A DNA stretch of 64,000 bases from Candidatus Poribacteria bacterium (GTDB taxonomy: Bacteria > Poribacteria > WGA-4E > WGA-3G): NCBI GenBank assembly GCA_965205015.1, contig OZ242029.1, positions 4,480,001 through 4,544,000 of the forward strand, written 5' to 3'. The notes under the pieces were generated by a model. It saw only the letters and a list, made by a program, of their open reading frames with translations. It had not been told where the DNA came from and made no database searches. Made by a program: the position numbers and the translations under genes. Positions 9,812 through 20,644 of this stretch are shown here, piece by piece. The first letter of the stretch is position 1. Every line of letters begins with the position of its first letter.

Positions 9812-11175
9812 CAGAAAAACGAATCACCGGAAACTACGAAATGAATCTGGTATTGACTGGGGAACCAACCACTGAACCCGTCAAAGTCTTCTTCTCTGGA
9901 GACACAGCGTTAGGCAAAAGGGCGTACCTCGCTATCTCTGCCGATGGATTCAAGATTGTCCGTGAAGTCAACACCCACACGCAAACCTTGAAGACATCCA
10001 ATAACATCGGAGAACCCCCGTGGAACGTCAGGATTCTGAAGAAAGGCAATTTTTTCAGATTCTGGGTCAACGAAACGACAAGCTGGATTCGCGGTCCCTT
10101 GGGTGAATGGGAAGGCATTTACGAACCGACCGATAACTGCCTTGGCGTTGAAACGCCGTCAGGTATCCAATCTCAATCCTGCACCGTAGCAACCCTCCCG
10201 TGGCTTCAAGAGATTACCACCCCCGTCATATCCCGGGGTCCTAAAGGCTCTTTTTATGAGAAACAGGTCATACCGGGTGCGATTATAGCGTACGACGGCT
10301 TATATTACATGTACGTCATGGTAGGCATGGCAGGCGATGAGGAGGGATCTTCAAGACGGGCAATTGGTGTAGCCGTGAGTCCGGATCTGAAGCGGTGGGA
10401 GGGGCATCTTGAACCCCTTATCTCCTATCTCGATACGCCGTATGATAATCTGTATGTCAGCGGTGCTGTCGTCACAGATGAAGGACGCATTGCCATTATG
10501 TTCTCTGCGCAGAAGTTTCCAGAGTGGCAGGGATTCATGTTAGCCATGGCCGACCATCCGATGGGTCCATTCACCCAATATGTGAAGAACCCGGTTTATA
10601 AACACCCCACGCATGCACACGAGTTCGATCTTATCCGCGCGGAAGGATTCCCGCATCGCTATCTTCTTTTCTATGCTGGATTTACCCCATCACCCCAACG
10701 CGGATCGGCAGGGGATCGCGGATATCTTCTCTACAGCGACGATTTGGTGAACTGGCACCCTGACGAACGAAACCCGGTCTTCCGTCCCGAAACGCTGGAC
10801 AATTGGGACGCGATCCACGTCCGACCGAGATCCCTGAATCGAGTCGATGATATGTGGTATCTATGGTATGAGGGCTGCAACACATGGAAACCGGAAGGTG
10901 TGTCTCATCACGGTTGGTGGGATACAGTAGGACTCGCACGTTCAAAAGACCTGGTCAACTGGGAATACTACCCGAGAAATCCAGCACTGCCCGGTCTCGG
11001 TATCAACGCCGACCAATTCGACTGCAATTGGGTCGGCTGGCCCCGTATGTTCGTCAAAGATGGTATCGGATACGTCTTTTACACAGGAAACGCCCAAGTC
11101 GGATTACGGACAATTCGGTTGGACGATCTCACCAACTGGCAGACAGAAGGCGGGCAAACATTTGATTTGCTGTAG
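9808..11175 (+). CDS. Five-bladed beta-propeller glycoside hydrolase-like protein (GH43/32/130 clan-like)
   Basis: Repeated blades IGVAVSPDLKRW, LYSDDLVNW, VGLARSKDLVNW, NPV; GTGA overlap with upstream stop. Confidence 0.65.
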   Translation: MTEKRITGNYEMNLVLTGEPTTEPVKVFFSGDTALGKRAYLAISADGFKIVREVNTHTQTLKTSNNIGEPPWNVRILKKGNFFRFWVNETTSWIRGPLGEWEGIYEPTDNCLGVETPSGIQSQSCTVATLPWLQEITTPVISRGPKGSFYEKQVIPGAIIAYDGLYYMYVMVGMAGDEEGSSRRAIGVAVSPDLKRWEGHLEPLISYLDTPYDNLYVSGAVVTDEGRIAIMFSAQKFPEWQGFMLAMADHPMGPFTQYVKNPVYKHPTHAHEFDLIRAEGFPHRYLLFYAGFTPSPQRGSAGDRGYLLYSDDLVNWHPDERNPVFRPETLDNWDAIHVRPRSLNRVDDMWYLWYEGCNTWKPEGVSHHGWWDTVGLARSKDLVNWEYYPRNPALPGLGINADQFDCNWVGWPRMFVKDGIGYVFYTGNAQVGLRTIRLDDLTNWQTEGGQTFDLL

Positions 11176-11212
11176 CACACACGTTTAGAAAAAGAACTGT
11201 TTCTGTATGATA

Positions 11213-12214
11213 TTAGTCCTGTGTTTTGAGTTTGCCCCACGTGCCCGTCAAAGGGGACGGCTGGAGCGAGATCGGCAAAGCAAACGCCGGATCGAACCAA
11301 TCGGCGCGGAAGTTATTACCCCGGTGTGTGAGCTGTTCTGGGACACCACCATCCACAGCGATTTTGAAGAGTTGTATGACACCACGACTCCGCTTGTAGT
11401 AAATAAGTTCATTCCCGCGCGGTGACCAGGTCGGGTTAGACACTAACGCGTCATCTCCAGAATCAATAATTTTCCTGAGTCCGCTACCATCTCGGTTCAC
11501 AACATAGATACCTACGGTAGGCCTTCCTCCATTACCCCCTAAAAAACCTTTCTCTTCCATACCGTTCCAAGAAAAGGCTATCTCAGCACTATCGGGGGCC
11601 CAGGCAGGGTCAAGCATCCAAATCTTCCCCGGAAGAAGCGGCTCTTCTACATGGGTTTGCAGATTGATAATCTGAACTCTGGTGTCCAGTAATCTGGGAT
11701 TTCCGTCGTCAGCCCAAACAAACTTGCCTGCCATAAAGGCTATCTCAAAACCGTTGGGAGCCCACGCAGACCATAAACCCTCCGCAAGTTTTGCCTCATC
11801 TTTTCCGTCAATTGAGGCGATGTAGATAGAAAATGTGTGAAATCGGTGATAAGCGAGTGCTTTCCCATCAGGTGACCACGTTGGGAACTCTCTCCTTATT
11901 AATTTTTTGAAGACCTGACGCACATTCGTTCCATCTGCATCCATAAGGTAGAGATCTGGTATCCCATCTCGATCCGAGTGGAAAAGAATCTGTTCACCTG
12001 TCGGGGACCAGACAGGCGCGAAATCTTGGGCACGGTGCTGGCTTAAATTTATCTGATCGGATCCATCCGGGTTCATGATATAAATCTCAAAGTTGCCATC
12101 ACGATTTGATCCAAATACGATTTTGGCAGTTTCTGGGGCTTTTGCGAAAAGCGAAGAAACGTTCGCACATAGCAGTATCCCACTGATTATGTAAAAGGCG
12201 AGTACACATTTCAT
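11213..12214 (-). CDS. Secreted TolB-like PD40 beta-propeller protein
   Basis: Signal peptide, PxWSPxG repeats, SNRDGNFEIYIMNPDG; C-terminus LTGTWGKLK. Confidence 0.88.
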   Translation of the reverse strand: MKCVLAFYIISGILLCANVSSLFAKAPETAKIVFGSNRDGNFEIYIMNPDGSDQINLSQHRAQDFAPVWSPTGEQILFHSDRDGIPDLYLMDADGTNVRQVFKKLIRREFPTWSPDGKALAYHRFHTFSIYIASIDGKDEAKLAEGLWSAWAPNGFEIAFMAGKFVWADDGNPRLLDTRVQIINLQTHVEEPLLPGKIWMLDPAWAPDSAEIAFSWNGMEEKGFLGGNGGRPTVGIYVVNRDGSGLRKIIDSGDDALVSNPTWSPRGNELIYYKRSRGVIQLFKIAVDGGVPEQLTHRGNNFRADWFDPAFALPISLQPSPLTGTWGKLKTQD

Positions 12215-12341
12215 CTGTATTCCTCCGATAGTCCCTTAAAAAAGTTAATATCACTCAAGTTACGGGTTGTAAGGATACCCTTTAAAGTTAAAGACTCCGT
12301 TTTGCAGCGAATGGGTGCATAAATACCGATTCTTCTTCAGA

Positions 12342-13607
12342 TTATGGGGAGGCTCCACAATCGCCCGGCATCCTCATCTCCAAAACCACACCTTCCCGTT
12401 CAATACGCGCGAAGGTCTCTTGATATTCGAGACTACTATCGTCGTCCCAATAGGTCGTAGAAATAGGGGAAGTGTAGTTCATCGGAATCAGACGACTCCG
12501 ATCCGGACGGACCATGAAAAGCGAATTCTTCGGATCCGCGATGTTATACATCCTTGTGCCGTTTTTGAATTGAGATTTGAGAATCCACCGCTCCTGTTCC
12601 GGCAGTTTTAAAGACTTCAGACGCTCTAATTCATCACGATCCAGCGTCACGCCGAGTCCAGGAGATTCAGGAACACGCACAAATCCGTTAATTGGGGTCA
12701 ATTGCTCGTTGACCACATCTGTTTTCCAGGTCTCGGTATCCGAATGAAAATGGAAGATCGCCGTTGGAAACGCTGCCATCATATGGGTTGTCATCGCACG
12801 CGTGATATTTCCACCCACATTCTGAAGCATAAACGGACTTCCATTCGCCGCAAAAAGTCCTGAGCGCCGGATTGCATCACCGATCTTCGCGTGTCCGAGC
12901 ATATAAATGTCTGCGGGACTCATGAACACCTCGTATGTTGCGCCCATCGGAAAATGGTGGAGTACAATCGGCAGTCGTGAGCGTTGACGGAGTTCGATGT
13001 ACCCCTGTAAGTCTTCACCGGGCAACGGATCTTCAAAACAACCCGAGATCCGATATTGAGACAACGCATCAATCAATTCAGGGATGTGGTCATCTGTCCC
13101 TCCCATCGTGAAGTCGTAGTGGATCTTGAATCCATCCGGCGCAACGGCTTCCATCGCTTCGGTCTGGTCGAGGACATTCTCGAAAGGTGAGAGGTGATAT
13201 TTCATCCATGTATACCCCTGTGCCGCATACGCAGCAACGGTCTCTGCCATGCGCGCGGGGTCGGTCGAAACCGTCCAACAGCCCACAGGCACCCATGAAC
13301 GATACTTCTGTCCGAATAACTTATACACCGGCACGTCTACTGCTTTCCCCATCAAGTCATACATCGCCGTGCCAAGTCCAAGCGAGGTCTCATCTCCTAC
13401 CCAATCAAACGGATTTGTCCCGATGTACTGATCAATAACATCTTGAGGTTCGCGTCTCCCGCTCTCACCCAACCCCTCCAAGCCTGTATCAGTCCGAGCA
13501 ACATATATAGTTCGCTGGATTGGACCGTAATAGTGATTGAGTTGATAGGCGAGGAAGTCTTGATATTCAAGCGTAATCTCGTGAATTTCAATCTCTGTAA
13601 TTTTCAT
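12342..13607 (-). CDS. Mandelate racemase/muconate lactonizing (enolase superfamily) enzyme
   Basis: MKITEIEI start with GGAGG RBS; AMYDLMGKAVDVPVYKLFG, FEDP, VPESPGLGVTLD. Confidence 0.85.
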   Translation of the reverse strand: MKITEIEIHEITLEYQDFLAYQLNHYYGPIQRTIYVARTDTGLEGLGESGRREPQDVIDQYIGTNPFDWVGDETSLGLGTAMYDLMGKAVDVPVYKLFGQKYRSWVPVGCWTVSTDPARMAETVAAYAAQGYTWMKYHLSPFENVLDQTEAMEAVAPDGFKIHYDFTMGGTDDHIPELIDALSQYRISGCFEDPLPGEDLQGYIELRQRSRLPIVLHHFPMGATYEVFMSPADIYMLGHAKIGDAIRRSGLFAANGSPFMLQNVGGNITRAMTTHMMAAFPTAIFHFHSDTETWKTDVVNEQLTPINGFVRVPESPGLGVTLDRDELERLKSLKLPEQERWILKSQFKNGTRMYNIADPKNSLFMVRPDRSRLIPMNYTSPISTTYWDDDSSLEYQETFARIEREGVVLEMRMPGDCGASP

Positions 13608-13738
13608 ATTGAATACCTCCGCCAAACTTGCTTTAAAAATTAATAGATGCTATAATTATAGTTAGAACGAAATAAAAAATGGAAAGTTTTACACCTTGAA
13701 TCTGCTTGAATTGAACACTAAGTTTCAGGAGGTGAACC

Positions 13739-15580
13739 GTGCGTACTTCAACCTTTACACCCGAAGAAGCCGGTGCGGGTTCTATTCACTTTGAACCTGT
13801 GCCAGTAGAGACGGTGGAGCACACCGATCTTGAGTATCATCAACTCTGCAGCGCGGATGAGTTTCAGGATTTGGAAGGCAAACCGTTCCATGTCAACGGC
13901 ACACACCTGGCTGTTTTCAAATACCAAGATAAATTTTACGCCGTTGATAACCGATGCCCACACATGGGGTATCCTATGTCCAAAGGCAGCATCCGAGATG
14001 GAGTCCTGATCTGTCACTGGCATCACTGGGAATTCGACCTCAAATCTGGCGGCTGCTTTCAGGCTTTCGGCGATGATCTGAAAGCCTTTCCCGTCGAACT
14101 TCGTGATGACGGCTACCTGTATGTCGGATTAGCAAAAGGTGAACGAGAGGCAGCAAAACGACGCGTCATTGACCGTGGTAAACGGGCACTTGAGCGAGGT
14201 CTCAAAGACCGTAGTACCTTCTTTATCGCGAAAGCTGTTACTGCACTTCGGGACGCAGGTGCCGCCCCCAACGAAATTATTCATCAGGGCCTCCACTACG
14301 GTGCCCATAAAAGTAGCGAAGGATGGTCGTCTGGTGTCGCGATTCTCACGTTGGCGGCAAACTTGTGGAATGATGTGGATCCAAATGACCACAACCTGTT
14401 TCTCGTACACGGCTTGAGTCAAATCAGCCGTCGAACGACGGGGAGTTCGCGCCCCTATCGTGCACCGTTTCCTGTAATGAGTGAGGAACACGACCTTGAA
14501 ACGCTCAAGCGGTGGTTCCGCTACTTTGTGGATAAACGGCACTCAGGTGCCGCCGAGCGTATCCTGTTAACGCTTAATGACCGCGGCTACGATAAATCGG
14601 TGATCGCAGATTTCGTTTTCACCGCCGCGACCGACTTCTACTTTACAGGCGACGGACACGCTCTCGATTTCGCCAACAAGATGTTCGAGGCGTTGGATTA
14701 TGTTGATTGGGAGGGAGCACACGAAATTTTACGCCCGATTGTTGTCGATCTTGTGAGTCGAACCCGTCATGAGGAAACCTCGCGCTGGGCAGATGCGGTG
14801 CCTGTGTTAGAACCCGTCTTTGAGAGGCTTGAGAATATCTGGAGTGCCAACCAAACCAACGAAGCGAAACTCGACATCTCAGCGTTTACACAGACGCTTC
14901 TCGGCGACGACTTCGAGCCGATTGTCGTCGCGGTCGAAGAAAAACTGCGTGCAGGTGTGGATCCGAGAGATATCTGCCGTGCGATGACCTACGCTTCTGC
15001 GATTCGGACGGCTCGCTTTCATCTGAAGAACGAGGGGGATTGGCACGATGTAGCGAACATTTACTCGTATGCGCACGCGCTGTACCACGCCTTTGATTAT
15101 GCCCCAAGTGCCCACTTACTGCGCGGTATTTTTCACGGTGTCGTTTTCTTAGCATATTTGCGTTGGTTGAACATGCCTGCCGCCCGCATACCGAGGCACG
15201 GACAGCGACTTGATGAAACTTATGACTCCGTTGATAAGATGCTGGAGAGGCTACAAGAGTTTGCAGACTTCCAGAAGGTCTATGAGGCAGAAATTCTGGT
15301 GAACCAATATCTGGAAGAAGGGCATGAGATTGAGCCATTGAAGCAAGCACTCTCGCACATCCTGCTCCGCGAGGATGCAGAACTGCACATGTTCCAAGTC
15401 CTGGAAGTAGCGTTCCGGCATTATGAGTTGTCAGTTGATCAGGAAGAGCAGCGAATGCATCTATTGGCAGCGACCCGTTACATCACAGCACAGAAGTTGA
15501 TGAAAAACATCTTGTGGTCTACCGAAAACGCAGAGCGTCTCGCTCGCGGTGAGTTGCTGAGTGAACGCGACGACGATTGA
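13739..15580 (+). CDS. Rieske (2Fe-2S) domain protein with long helical C-terminal region
   Basis: NRCPHMG ... LICHWHHWEFDL Rieske ligands; GTG start after AGGAGG. Confidence 0.85.
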   Translation: MRTSTFTPEEAGAGSIHFEPVPVETVEHTDLEYHQLCSADEFQDLEGKPFHVNGTHLAVFKYQDKFYAVDNRCPHMGYPMSKGSIRDGVLICHWHHWEFDLKSGGCFQAFGDDLKAFPVELRDDGYLYVGLAKGEREAAKRRVIDRGKRALERGLKDRSTFFIAKAVTALRDAGAAPNEIIHQGLHYGAHKSSEGWSSGVAILTLAANLWNDVDPNDHNLFLVHGLSQISRRTTGSSRPYRAPFPVMSEEHDLETLKRWFRYFVDKRHSGAAERILLTLNDRGYDKSVIADFVFTAATDFYFTGDGHALDFANKMFEALDYVDWEGAHEILRPIVVDLVSRTRHEETSRWADAVPVLEPVFERLENIWSANQTNEAKLDISAFTQTLLGDDFEPIVVAVEEKLRAGVDPRDICRAMTYASAIRTARFHLKNEGDWHDVANIYSYAHALYHAFDYAPSAHLLRGIFHGVVFLAYLRWLNMPAARIPRHGQRLDETYDSVDKMLERLQEFADFQKVYEAEILVNQYLEEGHEIEPLKQALSHILLREDAELHMFQVLEVAFRHYELSVDQEEQRMHLLAATRYITAQKLMKNILWSTENAERLARGELLSERDDD

Positions 15581-15795
15581 TGTCCCTCTTGCGTTATGTA
15601 AAACCCTAAAATATATGGACACTTGTTCAATGAACAGGTGTCCACGCCTGATGGCGAGGGTATTTCTTTTATAGTAAGTCCCACAATTACGTGGACACTG
15701 GGGCGAGGTTAGAAACCTCGCCAGCGGGATGCAGGATGGTGCTGCTACTCCCTGAGGTGTTAACTTATTTTTCGACTTTGCTATAATATCCTCGC

Positions 15796-18700
15796 CTATT
15801 CGTTTGCAAAAAAGCAATCTTGAACGGTGATGTTTTCGGACGAGCGTTCTTCATCCGTGACTTTGATTGCTTCACCACCCCCCACACGCCTCCCATATTC
15901 ACGGTGCACGGCATCGATACGACAATAGGCAATCGTCACGTTACGACACTCAGAAAGCTCGACTCCATTTCCATCTGTTCGGATGTCAACGTTGTCGATG
16001 AGGAGCCCGTCACAGCTCACAGATAGAATCGCAGAATCATCACGTTCGTAGATGTTCAAGTTCCGGATTTCCACGTTTTCGCAGTGTTTTAGTGCAATAC
16101 ACGTCCTCCCTGTCCCAACAAGGGTTCCAGGACCGTAGATTTTTACATTCTCTAAGTCTATTCCAACAAGTAGAGGGATATCTGCCTCAGCAAAGGAATA
16201 TTTAAGGACAGCCCCTGCGTCAATCGCGAGGGTAACATTACTTTTCAGGTAGATGGAACCCGTTGCGTAAACACCGGACGGCACAAAGACCGTGCCACCG
16301 CCCGCGGTATCGCAGACGGTGATGGCTTCGTTGATTGCGTCCGCACTGTTTGACTTCCCATCCGCAACAGCACCGAAATGCCGCACGTTGTATGTGCCAA
16401 CTTCCGCAAGTGCTTCGGCAGTCAGTTCTGCGAGGGTTTCCTCGCGTTTTCTACCGGTATACTTCTCAAAGTTCGTTACCCATTTCTTAAGGGTCAGGCT
16501 GCGTACGGATGCGGCATAATCCACCAGTGTTTTCAGCGTGTATTCATATCTATGCGGGTCCACTTTGCCTTCAAGCGTTTTCCAGAGTTCGGCTGCCTGT
16601 ATCGCCATGTCAACGCCCTCTTCCATGTTAGCGTAGATGTCTTGTATGAGGGTCCTGCCGATAGAAAGTCGCTGATCGTGTGTTGTGAAGTGAAGCGCAG
16701 CGAGATGTGCTTCCGCGCGTAACGGATCTCCATATATCTCGCGAAGTCCTGGGGCATACTGCGCTAACACTCGCTCATGCAAGGCAGGTGTCATAACGCC
16801 TACACCTTCCGCATTGACCACATAGGGAGTCTTGTTTTCCGTCATACCGGGGTCGGAGGAATCAAGCCATATACCGCGGTAACCCCGATAGTTGTAGGAC
16901 TTACGCGTCACCTCTTCAAGCATCATCAGCAGGGTCTTGATTGTCCCAAGTACCTCTGGATCATCGCCAAATGTCTGCTGAATCCATTCCGTGTAAATCT
17001 CATCCACCGTCAAGTCTGGATTCCAAGAGAGTCTTCCCAATCCGTAATAGTTCACGGCGTTCAACGGGGATTCCATCCATGCTGGCGACGGTGAGATCAT
17101 AGACACGCCCATGATGCAATCCACGCTGAATTTGTTTAGACTCCCCGGTCCGTTGCGATACGTATCCTGTTCAAACCACCACTTCCACTTCTTGACCCAA
17201 GAGACGGGCCAACTTTTGTCAATGACGAGTTCAGTTCCATAGAGATTTTTCTGAATCGCGCCATCGAGTGCGGGGATTGGTGCCCACAGATCCCAATCCA
17301 TAGGGCTGCCTTTCGGGACGATAATGACGTTATCTCGGAAATTGCCGTCCTCGTGGGCGAACAGATCGTAAGGAATCAAATTCCGATAGGGTTCGGGTGT
17401 GTATCGCAAGTTGCCATAGACGAATGCCCGCACAAGCACCTTTCCCCCATACGGCTTCAGCGTATCTGCAATCCGGTTCGTCATCGGTGGACGCGGATCA
17501 CCGTTCTGTTTCTCTGAACCGAGTTTCATCATATAGCCACCGAAGTCAGGCACGCGGGCATAGAGGGTATCGGCGGTTTTTGGGTCGAGTGCCAGGAGAT
17601 AACTCGGACTCCAGTAGAGTTTGATGCCGTAGTCTCGACAAATGTCAGCAAGTTTTTCAACTTCATCGAGATGATCCAGAAAGTTGTTGCGGTAGTGCCA
17701 GTTAATCTCACTCGGACAGAGCGCATTCCAACCGCACGATGCCAACATACGCACCCAATCTCGGATGCGTTTGGTATCGCCGGTACGCAACTCTTCCCAA
17801 CTGAAGATCGAATCGTCTCTGCCGCCACCGCGCCATCTGTCGCCGAAAAGCCCCCGAAAATACGACCAGTGTGCCACCATACGGATAGGCACCTGTGGAT
17901 TTTCCAGCACGTCGAGCGCGAGCGGATCCTGTCCAATCTGGATGCGACGAATCAGATCGAAGGTACCAAAAGCAACCCCTGCGGGTATTCCGCCTGCAAC
18001 AACAACCATCCCTTCCATCGCCTTGATGACGAACCCATCGCCTTCAATTCGATCCAGTTGGAGGTCTTCGGCACGGTCGCGGATCCAGTTGGAGGTTTCG
18101 ACTGTGCCGAGGATAACTTTCGGTCCGGTGGCAGTGACAGTCTCCGAGACGGAAGGTTTGAAAGCGAACATGGATTCCGCCGCTTGTGCCAACTCAGCAG
18201 CAGCCGTCTGGACAGTCGAATTCGCTCCCTCAGCAACAATGGTTCTGAATAAATCCTGACTGCGTTGTTCTGTATCGAGCGGATTGAACTGTAACCACGC
18301 CTTGTAGAGTGTCCTGTCTACTTCTTGGTACTTGTAAGTGTTCTGCCTTCTTTCAGTAGGGTTCGTATCCCGTCTTCCCGCATAGATGGCTTTGCTCTCA
18401 TCGTAAATCTGACGTATTTCAGCATCGGTGAGGGGTTTCTCATAAATGCGCAAATCATCAAGGAAACCGACAAAGCGTTCACCGGTGTGGATATCCGTTA
18501 AACCCTCTCGACGTAGTGGCTCTATATCCACCGTTGACAAGTCAATCGTGGCAATTTGCTCACCATCACGCCATCCCACAATCTGTTTTGCTTCGTCATC
18601 GTATGCCACCGCGAACAGATGCCATTCGGAATCGCCAATGGAGGCTTTCACATGCGGATAGAACGCCCACTCGCGCATGTCGTACTTGGGCCAGTCGTAG

Positions 18701-19131
18701 TCGAGGATCCCCTCCCAGTATTCAAAATCCTTTTCACCTCGGAAACGCACCTGAAAACAACCACGATAGGTGTTAAGTTCGATGGCATCGTTGTTATACC
18801 TGAGAATGTTGGCCCTATCCGATATCGTATTCAGCCAAAAACAGATTGTGCCGCGCGACAGTGCCAGCGGAGAATTCTCAGGCACAGGAATCCGCATCGG
18901 TTCGGTTTTGGGCATCGTTTCGATACAAGCCCGCCCCTCACCGAGTGAATAAATCTTTGCGCCACCGAGCACGGCGTGGTTACCGTTTCCAGAGAGATCG
19001 GTACCGGTTCCGTCGTTAAAATCCCAATGACCGACCAGTCCTCCGATTTCACCCGCCGTTACACTGCTAAATTCACTTGCCAATACCAACGCTGCTATTA
19101 CAAAAAGGGCAATGAGTACTTGATATTCCAT
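15796..19131 (-). CDS. Secreted multidomain glycoside hydrolase: LamG + GH67 alpha-glucuronidase-like + pectin-lyase-like beta-helix
   Basis: Signal peptide; GLVGHWDFN...DDLRIY (LamG); VPDFGGYMMK, RAFVY, NYYGLGRLSWNP (GH67-like); YNVRHFGAVADG...GGGTVFVPSG (GH28/pectate_lyase_3-like). Confidence 0.75.
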   Translation of the reverse strand: MEYQVLIALFVIAALVLASEFSSVTAGEIGGLVGHWDFNDGTGTDLSGNGNHAVLGGAKIYSLGEGRACIETMPKTEPMRIPVPENSPLALSRGTICFWLNTISDRANILRYNNDAIELNTYRGCFQVRFRGEKDFEYWEGILDYDWPKYDMREWAFYPHVKASIGDSEWHLFAVAYDDEAKQIVGWRDGEQIATIDLSTVDIEPLRREGLTDIHTGERFVGFLDDLRIYEKPLTDAEIRQIYDESKAIYAGRRDTNPTERRQNTYKYQEVDRTLYKAWLQFNPLDTEQRSQDLFRTIVAEGANSTVQTAAAELAQAAESMFAFKPSVSETVTATGPKVILGTVETSNWIRDRAEDLQLDRIEGDGFVIKAMEGMVVVAGGIPAGVAFGTFDLIRRIQIGQDPLALDVLENPQVPIRMVAHWSYFRGLFGDRWRGGGRDDSIFSWEELRTGDTKRIRDWVRMLASCGWNALCPSEINWHYRNNFLDHLDEVEKLADICRDYGIKLYWSPSYLLALDPKTADTLYARVPDFGGYMMKLGSEKQNGDPRPPMTNRIADTLKPYGGKVLVRAFVYGNLRYTPEPYRNLIPYDLFAHEDGNFRDNVIIVPKGSPMDWDLWAPIPALDGAIQKNLYGTELVIDKSWPVSWVKKWKWWFEQDTYRNGPGSLNKFSVDCIMGVSMISPSPAWMESPLNAVNYYGLGRLSWNPDLTVDEIYTEWIQQTFGDDPEVLGTIKTLLMMLEEVTRKSYNYRGYRGIWLDSSDPGMTENKTPYVVNAEGVGVMTPALHERVLAQYAPGLREIYGDPLRAEAHLAALHFTTHDQRLSIGRTLIQDIYANMEEGVDMAIQAAELWKTLEGKVDPHRYEYTLKTLVDYAASVRSLTLKKWVTNFEKYTGRKREETLAELTAEALAEVGTYNVRHFGAVADGKSNSADAINEAITVCDTAGGGTVFVPSGVYATGSIYLKSNVTLAIDAGAVLKYSFAEADIPLLVGIDLENVKIYGPGTLVGTGRTCIALKHCENVEIRNLNIYERDDSAILSVSCDGLLIDNVDIRTDGNGVELSECRNVTIAYCRIDAVHREYGRRVGGGEAIKVTDEERSSENITVQDCFFANE

Positions 19132-19197
19132 GTGTTCGCTCCCTATATTTGACGTATAACGATGAAGATTATTGTGCTTTGCACCTTAACTTCATCT

Positions 19198-19962
19198 TTA
19201 CGGGCTGGCTTTTATATTTCCCCATGTCGTGGTTAATTTGCCCGCCGGGTAAACCGCCAGGGCAGATTTCAGCCCTTTTGTCATCACAATTTTGATGTCA
19301 TCTTCAGTGAGCGCGACACTGAAAAACGCGATCTCGTCAAAGCGACCGGAAAAATATTGTCCCCACTGATCCAAGAAATTTGCGCCAATACCGAGCTCCG
19401 TAAACGTATAGGAATCGGCAACTGTCTCACCTTCTGTGCCGTTGTAATAGCCGGTCACATTTCCCTCACCATCGAATACAAACGCATAATGTCCCCATTT
19501 ATTGTCATCAAATTTTGGGATAACAGGTTTCCACGCACTACTCCAAATTTCAACTGTTTCACCTTGGTACCGAGTTGTGAAAGCCGGATTTGTCGGTCCA
19601 CTGATATTCGATATCAACCGATCATCATTGGCGGCATCACTCGGATGTGCCCACAAAACCAATGTAACCTCTCCAGACAAGCCCAAATCCCCGACAACGA
19701 CATGCCCCTTACTCTCGTTTCCATCAAATTCCAGCGCGGATCCGAACTTACCGTCCTTCGTCCATTTCGGGCTGTTCTCAAGTTTCCCATCATTACCCTT
19801 TTCAGAGGAATCCACCGCTGTATCCCCTTTCCCCTCATCAAAGAGCCACATACCGGCAACGGTTTTCAGATCAAATTCAGCACTGCTTATACCAGTAAAC
19901 ATCAGACTCAGGACAATTAAACCAACACACGTCAGCATTAAATTCGCCATTACGATCTTCAT
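19198..19962 (-). CDS. Secreted LamG-like jellyroll protein
   Basis: Signal peptide; GMWLFDEG, GKFGSALEFDG, FSGRFDEIAFF; C-terminus AVYPAGKLTTTWGNIK. Confidence 0.9.
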   Translation of the reverse strand: MKIVMANLMLTCVGLIVLSLMFTGISSAEFDLKTVAGMWLFDEGKGDTAVDSSEKGNDGKLENSPKWTKDGKFGSALEFDGNESKGHVVVGDLGLSGEVTLVLWAHPSDAANDDRLISNISGPTNPAFTTRYQGETVEIWSSAWKPVIPKFDDNKWGHYAFVFDGEGNVTGYYNGTEGETVADSYTFTELGIGANFLDQWGQYFSGRFDEIAFFSVALTEDDIKIVMTKGLKSALAVYPAGKLTTTWGNIKASP

Positions 19963-19992
19963 TTTCCAAACCTCCAGACCAGTGTCAAAACT

Positions 19993-20598
19993 TTACGCCT
20001 TTTGGTCAATCATGCTTGAAAGGATGCCAAGGATCTCGCCGCATTGCCTAATTTGATAGACTTCCATATCAACATAGAGCTGCTGACCTTTCAATTTCAG
20101 GAAGAGCCACTCGGTGCCTGTAGTTGTAGCCCCATAAATGCATGGAATTTCATTTCCTCTTTCTGCATTAAAGCGTTGGGCGGCGAGCATCTCCGCAACA
20201 CACTGTCCTAATCCAGTTGCCGGATCAGCGTTTTTGGCTTCAACGAGGACAATAACAGGTGCCTCCAAGTAAAATTGCTCTGGCGATAGGCTCACTAAAA
20301 AATCGCACACACCTGTTAATCCGCTTTCGGGATCAACACTGAAGTCAATTCCAGAAAAGAAACTGATGCGATGCTCAAAATGCTCTCGGAGTTCAACAAG
20401 AATGCTGGCAACAATCAATTCCGAGCGTGCTTTTTCTGTTCTGATAGCGATCGCTAACGGCACTTTTTTTGCCAATTCCCTTGTGAGGTCTTCGCTTGGA
20501 TCCAGCGGCTCAATATCGGAGAAGATGGCTGTAGATTCAAATTTTTCAAGATGAAACGTCTTCCGTACCGTTTCCAGGGTAAAATTGCTGTATGCCAT
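19993..20598 (-). CDS. Hypothetical protein with PD-(D/E)xK-like motif
   Basis: Likely start MAYSNF after GAGG; GVCDFL...VLVEAK...LGQCVAEM and IYGATTTGTEW resemble restriction-endonuclease-like HSDR_N relatives. Confidence 0.6.
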   Translation of the reverse strand: MAYSNFTLETVRKTFHLEKFESTAIFSDIEPLDPSEDLTRELAKKVPLAIAIRTEKARSELIVASILVELREHFEHRISFFSGIDFSVDPESGLTGVCDFLVSLSPEQFYLEAPVIVLVEAKNADPATGLGQCVAEMLAAQRFNAERGNEIPCIYGATTTGTEWLFLKLKGQQLYVDMEVYQIRQCGEILGILSSMIDQKA

Positions 20599-20644
20599 TA
20601 TGATGGATTCCTCAGAATAGTTATCGGTTAAAGGTCTTCCGTGC

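Noticed and set aside
15597-15699. IS3-like end motifs (..TGGACAC) here and near 3790-3816
   Set aside because: No transposase, matched TIR pair or target duplication could be established.
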